Part shown: one piece after another, positions 37,966 through 50,806 of the stretch
Layout of the letters: each line of letters begins with the position of its first letter
Numbering within the stretch: position 1 is the stretch's first letter
Assembly: GCA_053919585.1 (NCBI GenBank)
Contig: CM132786.1
Reading direction: 5' to 3' (one strand)
From: Euprymna scolopes
Taxonomy: Eukaryota
Length of the DNA stretch: 64,000 nt
Position numbers and translations under genes: made by a program
Notes under the pieces: model-generated
Seen by the model: the letters and a program-made list of their open reading frames with translations, nothing else
Told to the model about the DNA's origin: nothing
Databases searched by the model: none

Positions 37966-40900
37966 GTGAAAGTGCATGAGAACGGTGTATATGTGCTTCG
38001 TCGTACGCCTCTTGAAATATCGCCCAATAGCTGTATAAAGATGGCATCAGAGTTATACGAGAGTAACTTTGCAGGTTGCTTTTAGATCGTGTCGATATTC
38101 GTTCTTATTCGAGCCCGTGTTGGGTCATATTGGCGTTACTATTCGAGGACGTATTGGGTTGTATCGGCATTGCTGTTGGGTTTGTGCCGGCGAACGTTCT
38201 GGTCCGAGTCAAAAGTTCTCTTGATTTGATTGACACATTAACTCCTTCATTTTTTCTGAGGACGAAGGGCGGATACTGTTCATTTGTCATGATATCATCC
38301 TCTCAATCACTACTTCTACCTTTGGTTGTCATATTTTCGTTCACCATGATATCATTTTCACAGACTAGCAAAAATATGGAGAGAGTATATATTTGCTGTT
38401 AACAAATTAAAAGCCTTTAATTTGTTAACATGGTATATAAAGATTTGCAGATTTAAAGCCAGAAATAATTCTCTATTCGATAGTTTAAACACTGTTAAAT
38501 TCCTTTGGAATTTTGAACTAATTCATTATTTTGTTTTTTGACTATTAGCTTTTTCTAAAAGATTAAAATGGTGGACAAAGAAACAGAAGTACATTTTGGT
38601 AAAGTTTATTTCGTAATTAAATTATTTTGTCAACAAAAATTTTAAAAAATATTGTCGCTAATGCATTTGTGATTTCAATAAATTAAATAGGTTATTAGGA
38701 AATAAATAAAAATCAACGTAAAATTTACCAAGTTACACTGATGCAAGAAATTCATGTTCGAAGCAACAGCGCCAGTGAATATTGTTTTTACGTTTCGATT
38801 CTCGATTGGACAATATCTCCAATCAGTAGTTTCTTTTAGCCAATCACAGACGCAAACATATTCACTCCGAATTTCAGTAAATATTGTAAAATATACAAAA
38901 TGAACTCCAGCTTTCTGTCTGTTCTCCCTGTTGTATCTTTCACAGATGACACACTCTGTCAAAAGATCTTCAGCAAATAACACACACATAACGGGAAATT
39001 TAAACGAACTATAGCAACAGCACATACAGGTTGCTAAACTAACTCATGTATGTATATAATATGTAGTTGAAGTTGTTTCATGATTTTATTAATATAGAGA
39101 TGATGCATCATTCATTTTAGCATCAATAAAAATGTTTTTTGATTAAAACGAATATCAAATTAATGTAAAATATTGATTTTATGACAAAATAATCTAACAA
39201 AAATACTTGTCAGTGGAAAGTGTAGCGACCAGTTCCTACTGGAAGCGAAAGACAACTTTTTTGTTCAGCAACTCTACCATAGCCAGTTCAGCGAATGAGT
39301 CCTGTTATCTTTTTTTATTTTTAGTTATATAATTCCCACAAGATGCTCACTTCCCTCTTATATATTTACCCCATTGGTTCTTATCTAGTGAGCACATAAT
39401 CCAGTGTTAACGCTATCTATATCTCATTTCTCATTTATGATCGACTAGTTTGTTGTGGACGGTCTATTTAAAAAAAATGTTTGAAAGGACTTTATTAACC
39501 GATTTTTCTTTATTTTGTTTTTGTTGTTGTCCCATTATCCATTTTTAAAAATGTTAATACAAATGTAATTGTGTATATTCTATCGGTTAAAAGATATTTT
39601 TAATAGGGTAGCATATGTATAGACTTGTGGCGGCTCTTAAAGTGAAAGTGATGGACAAATAGCTAAAAAGAGGAAAGAACAATGACAAATCTGTCAGAAT
39701 ATGCATAATTAAGAGCATAAACACACCTACTAGCTGAGGGCGTTGTGCCTAATTTGTTAAATTATAATTAGCATATAAATGATTAAAAGTTCAGTATCTA
39801 TTCCTTTCCCCAAGTAACTATTTCAATCACAATTCATACCACACTGCTGTATTGTCTTTGCTTTCCAAAAGCTATAACATCAATTATCATACATCGAACC
39901 CAACAACAAGTGACTAACATAATTATATGACAAGACTTCAGTACAACTGGACTATTTCTTCTTTTGCCCAGTGAACTGTCCTTCATTCACAATAATCACG
40001 CAGTTTACTAAACTGACTGTCAACTAAAATATGACAGGACCATTTCTTTTTTAGTGTCCTTCATACAGAGTGCGATTGAACTAAATCTGCCTCAGTCCAT
40101 CAAGCTTACCTTCACCCATAGTACGACAGGACAATTTCTCTTTCAGTTTCTCAAGCAGTTCTTCAACTGCAGTGTAACATCAACACTTTAACTATCATCG
40201 TTAAAGAAGCAAGTTGATCAGGCACTCAATGTCAACATCCTTGTGATACCAGTGACTAAAGGTCCTCTAATAAATTTTATATTCAACCAAATTTCTTTGT
40301 GATCATTCTTACACATTGCCATGTTGTCCTTGTTCTCACAGGCAGATCTGATAAGAGAATTATAAATTACATTTTAATAGACCAAACTGTACTTTAAGCC
40401 CACCTTTTAAAATCATGCATTTTTGAAAGCCATCTAAGCATCTCCATATGAGCTTTTGGCAATGGTACTATCTTCTGCAATTTTTGAGAGGAAAATAAGA
40501 TCGCAAGCTATACAGATACAGATGGTAGCAGCATGCATAGTTTCTATATATATCCCTTACACATACAATCCCATGACCGTCCTCTCCATTGTTAGGATCA
40601 GCAAGACTCAATTTTGGATCTATTTCTGACTAATCTTCACCGTATAGAATCATCAGAAACACCGATCATATTGTGATATTGGTAGACGACCGTTTAAACT
40701 CTCGACCTAAAATTGAGGAGGCATTTGTTAAAATGAAGAGATATTCAAAAAGATTGATTAAGAAGCCATCACAGATCACTTCAGAAATGCCCCATGGAAT
40801 AATATCTTTTCTCTTCTTACTGATCAGTGTGCTAATGAAGCAACTGAATTGCTCAAAGCATGAACATGTTCCCATATAGAAGTTCTATAGCAAAACCCAT

Positions 40901-41169
40901 TCTTACCAATAGTTAATTTCAACATGTGCAATTGCCATTGCACAAAAGCAACATGCATTCTGCTAATTTATCTGCCATAAGCCAAGTATAAAAAAGGTAA
41001 AAATTTATGCTAAAAATTACTGTAAGTGTAGAAATACCTGCACCCAAGATAAGACATAATGAAATGGCCAGAAAGCACATTAATTCACAAAAGTTATGAA
41101 CTTGCAATTTCTGGAAAATTTGTAAAATTGTGTAGTAAATAGGGCAGAATAAATAATACCTCCACTATC

Positions 41170-42190
41170 CAATAATCAATCGAGAAGACTGAACTGCTTG
41201 CCTGGTGGTTCGTCTCCAACTCAACCTTAGATCTCAAAAACCACTCCTTCACAAATTTGCCTTTGTGGACAGAAGCTACACTTGATGATGATGAAGAATT
41301 CTGGTAAGAGAACTGAATCGCTCAATTATCGCCCTATAAGTCTCCTCCTCTTCATTAAAATCTTTGAGTCCAAGTTTTAAGATCAGTCAAAGGTTAGCTC
41401 ACCAACTTGTAAATGCTAGCCATTTTTCCTGACCGATAGAATAAATTTAGATAAAGCAGGTAAAGCTATAGGATATTGATGCATCCAAATCAAGATTTGG
41501 CATAAAGGTTTTCTTATGAAAATTAAATCGTACGACATTACTGGATGAATACTTAATATAATCAGACCCTTCTATTTTCTACAATAAAAAAGTCTAGATC
41601 GTCATCGATTGATGTACATCCCAATAGAATGATATTAATTTGAATTTTGAGGGTGGACCTTTATTATTCCTGATATTTATAAACGACCTACTTGATAAAA
41701 TTGTGTCCGAGATGGGCATATTTACTGATTACACCACACTCAAAAACAGATATAAAAAGATAAAAAAAAATGTACACATATCTAACACATCAGTGTCCAG
41801 TAGAGTGGGAACGATAATGGATGGAAACATTTAATGCTACTGTCTCCAATCTAATAAACCCCACACTACCAATTAAGCTTCACTCCAATCGCCAGAATGT
41901 CGCATCTCTATGCCTGTCTTACAAGCACTTTACTGGAATGTGTTTTATGGACGTGTAGCACTTGTGCCCCATAAAAATGAATACTCCTGACAAGCAGCAA
42001 AATTTCTTCCTTCACTGTTAATATTACTAGATGCCGGAAAGTCGGAAACAGGAAAAGTATTTTAAAATTTAGCAGTTCAAGGGCTGCTCTGGAAGTGCTG
42101 GATTTTAAAACACGTCCTGTTTCCTGCTTCTCTGACTGTAGAAATTTAAATGTAAAGCTAAGAGATATCGTGTGGCTCAACTCCCTAAAT
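41170..42190 (+). mobile_element. Degenerate CR1-like LINE RT fragments
   Basis: NYRPISLL, GPLLFLIFINDL, IFTDYTTL (from YADDTTL), RQNVASL. Part of it is an inverted homolog of 53880-54330. Confidence 0.75.
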
Positions 42191-42333
42191 TGTGCCCCTG
42201 TAGACATGATCTAAATAGTATCTCCTAATTCCGTAAGTAGCAATATATCTTTTTGTCAGGTGAATAAGAGTAAATATTTTTTTAGCTCTGTCTTTTTTAG
42301 CGTCCTTAACAGATGACACATATATATGTGACA

Positions 42334-42489
42334 TGATATATAATATCATGCGTGCGTGTGTGTGTGTACAACTTTCCAACATCCCACACCACTGGATGGA
42401 TCATAACCTAACCTGGCATAATGATGGTCCCCCACCTAGGGATGGTGCACACCATTTGGAAAGGTTAAGATCAAAGGTCAACGTCATAG

Positions 42490-42570
<81 letters not shown>

Positions 42571-42802
42571 TACAGCCCACACCACTGGACTGATCATGAC
42601 CAAAACTAACATGATGATGGTCGCCGACCTAGGGATGATGCACACCATTTTTCAAGGTCAAGATCATTGTCAAGGTCAGAGTCAAAGTTTAAGGTCATAT
42701 TTGGTACGGCTCTTAAAATATCCACTTACTGCAAAGGTAACTATGAAGCAGGTACCCAAGCGTACAGTAAAGTCCAGCTCAAAGCGTGGGTATCTTTGCT
42801 AG
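42334..42802 (+). mobile_element. Non-autonomous Helitron (H6) containing (TA)n
   Basis: 3' ...aagcgtgggtatctttgCTAG|T; TATATAA and (TG)n near the 5' end; internal duplication of acctagggatg.tgcacaccattt; (TA)n at 42493-42567. The 5' boundary is approximate. Confidence 0.65.
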
Positions 42803-43069
42803 TTATTATATAATTCTATTGAAATCGTTACTGAAAACTCATTGAGTTTGTATTTATGTATTTTATTCGCAATAATAGGTCTTTTGTCAGAATCATAGAA
42901 TTATAACACTTCTCTTTTGAGTATGCTTAATTTTGATTAAATAATTTGTTACAATACAAACATGATTTTTTAGTGCGCCATATTTGTACGATCATATTCA
43001 TCAAATTGTACATATTAGTGTTAGCATTTGATGCTTTCTTGATCAGTTTCATCTTTTCTATATGATAAA

Positions 43070-43360
43070 CTAGCCTGGGTGCTTGGCGTTGCCCGGGTAT
43101 TGGGAGTTGTGTGCTTAGCAAAAACAACAAAAAAAGTGGTAGTTGGCAGGCAGGCTCGAACTCGTACCGCAAAGGAGGAGAAGAACGTGAAAAATAAGTG
43201 TGACATCTTTGTGACGAAGGTTTAAATTAAGGCTTATCAATCGAAAAGAGGGGATAACTTTCGAAAATACAGTACATACATACATACATACATACATACA
43301 TACATACATACATACATACATGCATACATTTAAACAGACAAGTGAGATTTATATTATAGA
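43070..43360 (-). mobile_element. Short non-autonomous Helitron (H7) with (TACA)n
   Basis: Minus strand: A|TCTATAATATAAA ... CCCGGGCAACGCCAAG...GGCTAG|T. Confidence 0.85.
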
Positions 43361-44329
43361 TGGACAATATCACCTAACGGTTCCTTCTGTTTTCTTAATT
43401 TGAAGTCCAGTTGCAAACATCATCTGTGTAGTGATCAGATTTTCTCTACCCTTCCAATATCAGTATGTATTCGCTTCTCATAAAAATGGCTTCAAGCAAA
43501 TGAGATGATTTGATCGCATGCAGACTAATCAAGCTCCAGGGTGTATTAATTTCAACTAGAACTTTGAAGAATTTCTTTGAGACACTTCGGATTTATACAT
43601 CAGCCCCAGAAGGCTCGAATGCACTAAAAAAGAAAAACGTCTGATCAACTTGATCACAAACAAGGCTACCATTTACTGATTATTATCGTGCTTTCTTTAT
43701 TATTACTTCTTTCTTACTGCCTTAACTTTCGACTACCTGTATCAAATGGAGTAAGTCACGTAAACAAATATAACTTGTTACTAGTAGAAAGGCTTTGTTT
43801 TCCTTTCATTCAATGTGTTACAAAATATCATAGGAGTTGGTCGTATGTGAACATAATCTACTATACATATTCAAAGATGTTGACCCATTCGGTAGGCTCA
43901 TGTATTTTGCAGATACTCTATTGTCACAAAATGAACTCTTTCTCTAGATTTAAATCATGGATAGGAGTGTTTTTTATAAGGTTTCAGAACAATACTCACC
44001 AGCAAAATTACTAATTCACGTAAATAAATCCTCGGTGGAATTATTTCAGTAATTTTTTTTCTGACTGGTATACCAGTCAGAAAAAAAAATTATTTGTTGA
44101 ATTATCAATTTTATGTCTTTGATGGTTGATTCTTCAGAATTTACAATATTCTTATAAGTTAACACTGCATTGGCCCAATACCACAGAAACTAAAAATACA
44201 GTTCTCTTAAATCGAATAGGTATAAACATTTTTGTAGTTTTCAAGTGACATATTGCAAAATATTAATTTTGGTGTTTTATAGAAAAGAGTTTGGCATACA
44301 ATTAAATTGACTTGACTTATTAAGCAACA

Positions 44330-45200
44330 AATATACCGTGTATGAACAACTCCCCACTGAAACGGATGTCATAAAGCACAAAGTTCATGCAGGCACCTCA
44401 AAATGGGAGGATGAAGCAACCAATTTACATTTTATACTCATTGAAATGGAGACCCTGACAAAAGTGTCACAAGACTATCCTGCCTAAAAAGATTGGGATA
44501 GAAAATAAGAAAAGAATGTGAAGTTATGAGTTAATGTTATGTGGCACTCTGTATCCTTTAGAAGGAGAGAAATCATACAGTAACATTAATTCAAAAGGAG
44601 TAAACTTGGCATTTTAGAGAAAGACCAAGAGATTATTTCTGCCAATTGACTTGCCATGTATATGCCATTGGATGTTAGACACTGTAACAACAAATGTCAG
44701 TTTTGGACCAAACTGGCAAATGAGATGATTATTAGGAGGAGGCTGGAAACCATCAATACAGCTTTTCAATTAACGGAATATTGGTAGCGTCAGACATAAT
44801 GTCTTCATATTAAAGACCATGCAAACTTGTTACTAAATTACTCCCAAATATGAACGGAGATCTATTGCTACTTGTGTGAGATAGTATTGAATGGATACAT
44901 ATGGGCAGTCACTGCAGAAACTATTGTCTATAAGCTTTATCCTTTTTAATGCCCATCTTAGTTTTGAAGTCAACTGTTGGTATACTCTCTGCAATGAATT
45001 CTGTAAGTAAACAATCTGCAAAATAAAATATGACATCAGTTCTAATATTTAATCAACAATTGGAAGACCATGTCTATTAATGAAAATCTAGAGATAGTTA
45101 TAGTCAAATCTCGTGAAAATAATATTCCTTATCTTAGGCATGGCCTCATCATGCAGGAATGTGAACAATTATAAGTAGCATGATACATTTATCCAAACCT
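44330..45200 (+). mobile_element. Possible decayed DNA-transposase relic (hAT-superfamily-like)
   Basis: EQLPTETDVIKH at ~44344; DTVTTN and RRRLE at ~44680-44750; PHH.QECEQ resembles PCHTQAVER at ~45145. Confidence 0.25.
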
Positions 45201-46739
45201 TTTATCTTGCAAGGATTTGACTGAGCGTTCTTCTTTTGAGAAAATGCATGTAATCATACAATCAACGGATACAATTGTTTTTTTGAAGAGAAACATTTTA
45301 ATGCAATAAAATTATGAATGCAATAACATAACATAAATCTGCCTGTAATTTCTGAAAACAGATTTGAAAATGGTAAACGTCACCTTAACACTTGTGTGAT
45401 ACTTTGCTGTCTCATGACATTACTATTATTTGACGAGTGTCAATCCTTAACTAGAAATCATGGTTACATCAAAAGCATTGCACATAAACACAATCTTGTA
45501 TGCTAACTTTATCGGGCGAATTTATTTTGTCTGTCAGAGTGATCGCTTTTAGAATTGACTTTTTATTAATCTAATTCTTGAACAAATACTAAAATTCAAC
45601 TTCATAATGACAGATGAGTTAACTAGAGGTTATGGAATAATTTAATGGCAGGTGGTAATTTGGCTACTAAAGTTAACAGAAAATTGTCTCACTTGGCCTT
45701 TATCACATGCCATACAAGTAATCAGTATAAAGAAGAACGAAAAGCCAGAATCATAAGAGATTACAACGATGGTGATAGCATTCTCTTTTACATGCAATAG
45801 CGAGACACTTTTTGTTCCTGAAACCGTTAAGGTTAGTTTCCAATAAGTGAAATTATAGATGATGGTGTTCATATCTATGAACCAGTGAAGGTTAATGCAT
45901 TGATTGGCAAAAGGTATTTGATTTCTTTAACAAGAAGAACGATATGGGAATTCTTATGAAAACGAAGCTGATGATATTTATATGTGATGAAAAGGTTGAT
46001 CTAGACGCTACGCTTTCGTTTAAAAACACTGATTGCTCTTTATTCAATCCAATGAAATTTATTTGGCAAAGAATAAAATAAGCATACTTCAATTACACCG
46101 TAGGTAAAATGTGGTAGATACTTACACACAAGAATAAGAGAATACAGTAGTCCAGCACTTGTCCAAATTCATCTTGAATTATTGCATTGTTGATGCATTT
46201 ATTACCTCTATTGGAAATCTAAGGCGCAGGGATTTTAATAGAGAAAGCGGCCCTCCTCTGGTTCAATCAATATCAGCAGTGAAATAGTTTCTTGTAGTGT
46301 CCGTGGTGTTTCTGCAAGACACTATTTCACTATAATAAAAATAATAATAATAGTAGGTCCCAATCAATACTATTATAGACCAAAATGAGATCATTGCATA
46401 ATTGTCAGTATTCAATGGAGAAAAGGTTAAATTTCTTCAGTCGACTTTCATCTGACAGATCTGATAAACCTGGTACCATTCGTAGCCAGTCTTTGGCTGC
46501 ATTCAAGATGCTGAATATGATGTACGATCATTAAGAAAAGAGTTTATGTACTTTATAATCGATGCATGGAAGATCACAGATATTTATTATGTAAAAGTAA
46601 TCCATGATTGACAGAGTTAAAGACTTTGGTAAATATCCCTAAAGATGTATCAGTATTTCCATCATCCATTATATTCGTACCCCTTTTTTCACCACAAGTA
46701 AATTTATGAGATAGGAACGTTTTAAAATGAAACCATGTT

Positions 46740-49480
46740 GAGATTAATAGATGGTAGCAGTAGATGTGAGATGAACTATGATTACTCGCTTAAGTAAAAC
46801 TTCTATTGATTTTGAGACGATGTCTACCGTGAGGTTCACGTGGCTATATCTCATTGGGTCTTCTTTGCCACCGTTTTATAGATAAAAGGGCTGCTAAAGG
46901 TTCAGATAATTCAGGTGCAACAGCCTTAAAATTGCTGGACATAGTCCATCTGGACATTGTACCTTATCCACATCCATCATCCATTCTACTTCTTGATCTC
47001 ATTCTGAGTTATGCTGGTCGACTACATTAGTGGTGCTATTGTAAATAGTATTGCAGGTTCTCTACTATTGTCAGCTTTGAAAGTAGTTTACCAGAAAAGA
47101 GAAACGCTCGTTGGTTTGAGTGCTCAATTGTTCTCCTTCACAATTACGTGGAATTACAATTTGGTTGTTCAGTGTTTTACTTCTTTGCATGTAAAAACGC
47201 TTTGGGTTATAACCGGCATCAAGGAGAAGCTGTCTCTCAATATTTTGTCTATTTATGCCGGATGATTATTTTCAAGATGATTACGTTGTTTTCTGTAGAT
47301 CTTAAAAGCTCTCTTGGACATCGTTTCTCGATAATGGCCCCCAAGCAGCACTTCTCAATTTTCTTTCATAAAGTATCTTCCGAGTAATCCATGGTTAATG
47401 TTTCCTGGGTTTTGGTACTTTCAAAATGTGGCAAAAGCTGTGAAAATGAGGGCTTACCATTCAAACGACCTAGGTGTGCGTGTGTGCTTTGTCATCGCTG
47501 CGAAGCTAGGATAAGAAAAGAATTCCAAGATGGCGCCGACGACGTTTTGTAATGGTATGATCTCGGAAACTCTCACAAAATCTCGTGCATATATGCAAAT
47601 CAGTTGGTCTTCGACAACTATAAATTCAGGTCGTTTTGGAAGGCAAGGCAGAGGAAAGAACGGCCGGTTGGTAATTGTGTACGCTGGATCGTGTTGGTGA
47701 TGTGTCACCATGTCTGTGTGTGTACTGATCGAACCGCTTTCCTGTCCCTTGCACTTTGGACTTTGAATTGGTTTACATTGGAGTTGCACATTGTACTTTG
47801 AATTTGTTTAGATTCGACTTCAACTTCACAAAAGTACGAACATATCTGTGAAAAGCAACAAAAATTTTAATATTCCTCCCCATATTTTTCCAATAGTCTA
47901 ATACTCAGTAAGGCTATACTAATCTTTTTTGTCGGAGGCCATGTTAATTAGATCGTGAGTCATAGTGGCACATTTTCTTCCTAGCTTATCTGAGAAAGGA
48001 GTAGTGTGAACAAGAAGTGCATGAAAAAGCTCAAAACTGCATGATCATGCTTGCCAAGTGGAAGCAAAATTTACAGAGAAGAAACGGAGCTAAAGTAATA
48101 ATTCTAGTTCTTGAAGATTTTGTAACATGCTGACAAAGAAAACATTTCTCTATCATGTCTAAAAGTGAGTTATCATGCGTGTCATTGGAAATGCACAGAT
48201 TTGACTTTCAATCAATAGTCGAAGCATTAAAGTCTCTCAGTATAAGAGAGTAACATTAATGAGATTTTGATCATCGGCATCTGCAGAACTTGGACTGTGA
48301 TATACAGAAAGCATGAAATTTATCAGATAAAGAAACATTTCGGGGGAGTTAAAGTTGGGATGACTTGAGCAAGAATCTTGCATACACTATAAATCCTCCA
48401 CCCTTTCTTTGGGATCTGTTACAGTAAAATGAAGTGAAGCCTTGCTTCTATCAGTTTTGAAATCTAGTTTCGGTTATCACTACTAGATCTGATTTCTCAT
48501 CTACGATAGTGGATTAGAGTTCATCTAATTCGGAGCAAAATTTTTAGGGTGTGACCAGGGTACAGTGATTTGGATTGTAGTCTCTCTCCAGGGATCTTAA
48601 AAAGGAAGTTACAAAACTTTGAATCTTTTTCATCTGATTTTGGTTTTAGTTCTGCCAGAGAAATTTGGATTCCTTGAATGAACGCATAATTTGTGTATGT
48701 GAAGATTGGCCTTTAGAATAAATTACTATTTCAGAGAAAACATTTTTCGCCCAGTTAAACATTTGGCTTCAATTAGAAAGGTTTTTTAGATAATAAACAG
48801 AAAACTATACTTGGATAGAATGAAGTCTTTGGTTTGTAGATTTCCTCTCTGATTGTACATCAATACTGAGGACTCTTAATTTGAGTCTGTTCACCTGAGT
48901 TCCCGAAAGTGAGATTGGAAATATGTACAAAGTCCTCACAATACTCTTCTTGGCTGATCTCTCGGCGACCATGTAATCAATAGATTTGTCACTCCGTTTT
49001 AGTGTCATTGAGCGAGTGAAGAGAGCAACTCGACTTGCGAGTGTTGCTGCTATTTAGAATATTATATCTATGGATTGTTGAAGGGATTCAACTTGATAAT
49101 CTCATTTGTCAACAAGTTTTTTTTTTGTCACAATATACTTATTTGCTGGTTCAGTTAATGGATAAATGGGCTTCCAAGCCTCTTTTGGTATGACAGCTGT
49201 ACATTTCACTTCTGAGTTTACAAGGTTATTCTGTTGACAACTCTGATTTGAAATAGATGCTACAGTTTTTTGTTTTTTTTTCATAATAATAATTTTCAAC
49301 TTTATGTTATCTAGCTGAGCTTGTAAGTCATGCTTATTTTGCAGTAGGTTATTTTTTCAAATGTCACAAGTGCAGGTTAGTGGTGACTCATCATGAGCAA
49401 ACTGGGCTTCTGACTGAGGTAATGTTATAGGCATATTGCACTAAAAAGATTTTTTATTCTTCCTTTTTTGTCAGCCACTC
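46740..49480. mobile_element. Mixed old LINE fragments (RT- and APE-like) interrupting the cadherin relic
   Basis: Minus-strand RT-like SNFKAVAPELSEPLAALLS at 46880-46940; plus-strand ISETL..GRQGRG APE-like segment at ~47560; other fragments unresolved. Confidence 0.45.
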
Positions 49481-49939
49481 TTTAAAGACAACAACGTTCT
49501 CAGTGTTGATTATTATTTTCATCTGAAAATTAGCCGACTTTTACTGATTTGTTTCGAAAATATAATTTTATTTTCGATTGTAGCACTTTCAAAACACGAC
49601 TAACTTGGTGTTGATAATTATTTTCTACTATCATAAAGTTATCCACTTATTTGGTGGATGAATTGATTCCACAGACGATTTTTCTCTTCAGAAAATAGTT
49701 TTATGAATGAAACTGAAAAACCCAAACTTAAGTACACTCTTGGTGTACAACTTTCAGATTGTTATTCCTAAATATGAACTGATATGGAATTTATCATCTT
49801 CGGTTATGCTCTCTTATAAATAGGACCAATATTTAAGCAGATTTCTTATCATGACACCTATTTTATTTTCTTACTAATGAACTGCCACTTGTCAAAGCTA
49901 AGAGACACTAAATACTAAGGGTTAATGAGATAGATTGTC

Positions 49940-50330
49940 AGTTGAATGATGAAGAATATTCTGAGAGGATAACAAATATGAATTGAATGAACAAAATTTG
50001 ATTATTTGAACAGTATTTATTGACATTGAATTTGAAAGTACCAGTATTGTAGCCCGCAGGGAAGCAATTCAATAATACGTTCCACAACTGTTTATGGAAA
50101 TTATTTTTGATGTCAGGCACATAGAGGAAGAAAGGAAATTCCTTTGCAGTTGTGAGAACTAAAAAAGTTCTGTGAATGTCATATGAGAGTTTAAAGTTCA
50201 GTTGAACAACTTTTATGAAAATAATGATAGAGAAATTCCACAAGTATTTATAAAGAAAAGAATTCGGAATTGAATCAAACCACAAATCAGTAGAATAAAA
50301 ACATAGGACAAGAAGTCTCAATAATGCAAA
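49940..50330 (-). mobile_element. Old LINE 3' fragment
   Basis: LWNVLLNCFPAGYNTGTFKFNVNKY, homologous to LWNCLPFSCFPADYNMVVFKSKVNK of the LINE at 4157-4423. Confidence 0.7.
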
Positions 50331-50662
50331 GCATGCCGTGAAGGCTTCAAATATATCATGCTCGAATTATATACCAGTCAAGTAAAGAAGTGAGAATCTC
50401 AAAATACAGCCAATGAAATAAGAATCTCGGAATATGATCAGCGCAAGGTGAACAGATTGAACTCGATCTAGCAACACATACTATCTGTATAATAGCGAAG
50501 AATGAAATAGATTTACAAGAAGCTATAGAAGTGGATGAATAATTGAAAATGCCAAAGCAAGTAATAAGAAATGGATGACCAGAGGATGTAAAAGATACAC
50601 ATGAAGGTATACGACATTACTGGTCATTAAAGGAATGCACTTTATTACAAGACAGATTGATA

Positions 50663-50806
50663 CCATACTTTGGGGTAATTGTGCCAAGTCTGGGGTATTT
50701 GCGCCAACTAGCTAAAAGTGCTCTTTTGGCAACCACGCATATAAAAAGCACTTTTTTTAGTTGACGCAATTACCCTCGGATTTAGCACAATTACCCCAAA
50801 GTACGT
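50663..50806. mobile_element. pogo/Tigger-like MITE
   Basis: Inverted termini CCATACTTTGGGGTAATTGTGC / GCACAATTACCCCAAAGTACGT, a nearly fully palindromic body, and TA on both sides. Confidence 0.8.

Noticed and set aside
39850-41110. Minus-strand gene or transposase relic
   Set aside because: Coding-like composition and one good donor (~40090), but no recognisable motif or sustained reading frame.
42333-43321. ORFs with IYIY/MYVC runs
   Set aside because: Translations of (TA)n and (TACA)n microsatellites within Helitrons.
45642-46092. Minus-strand Pif1 helicase fragments (VRQFSV, VFIRIPI)
   Set aside because: The matches are weak and in the wrong order; the + strand cadherin reading explains the region better.
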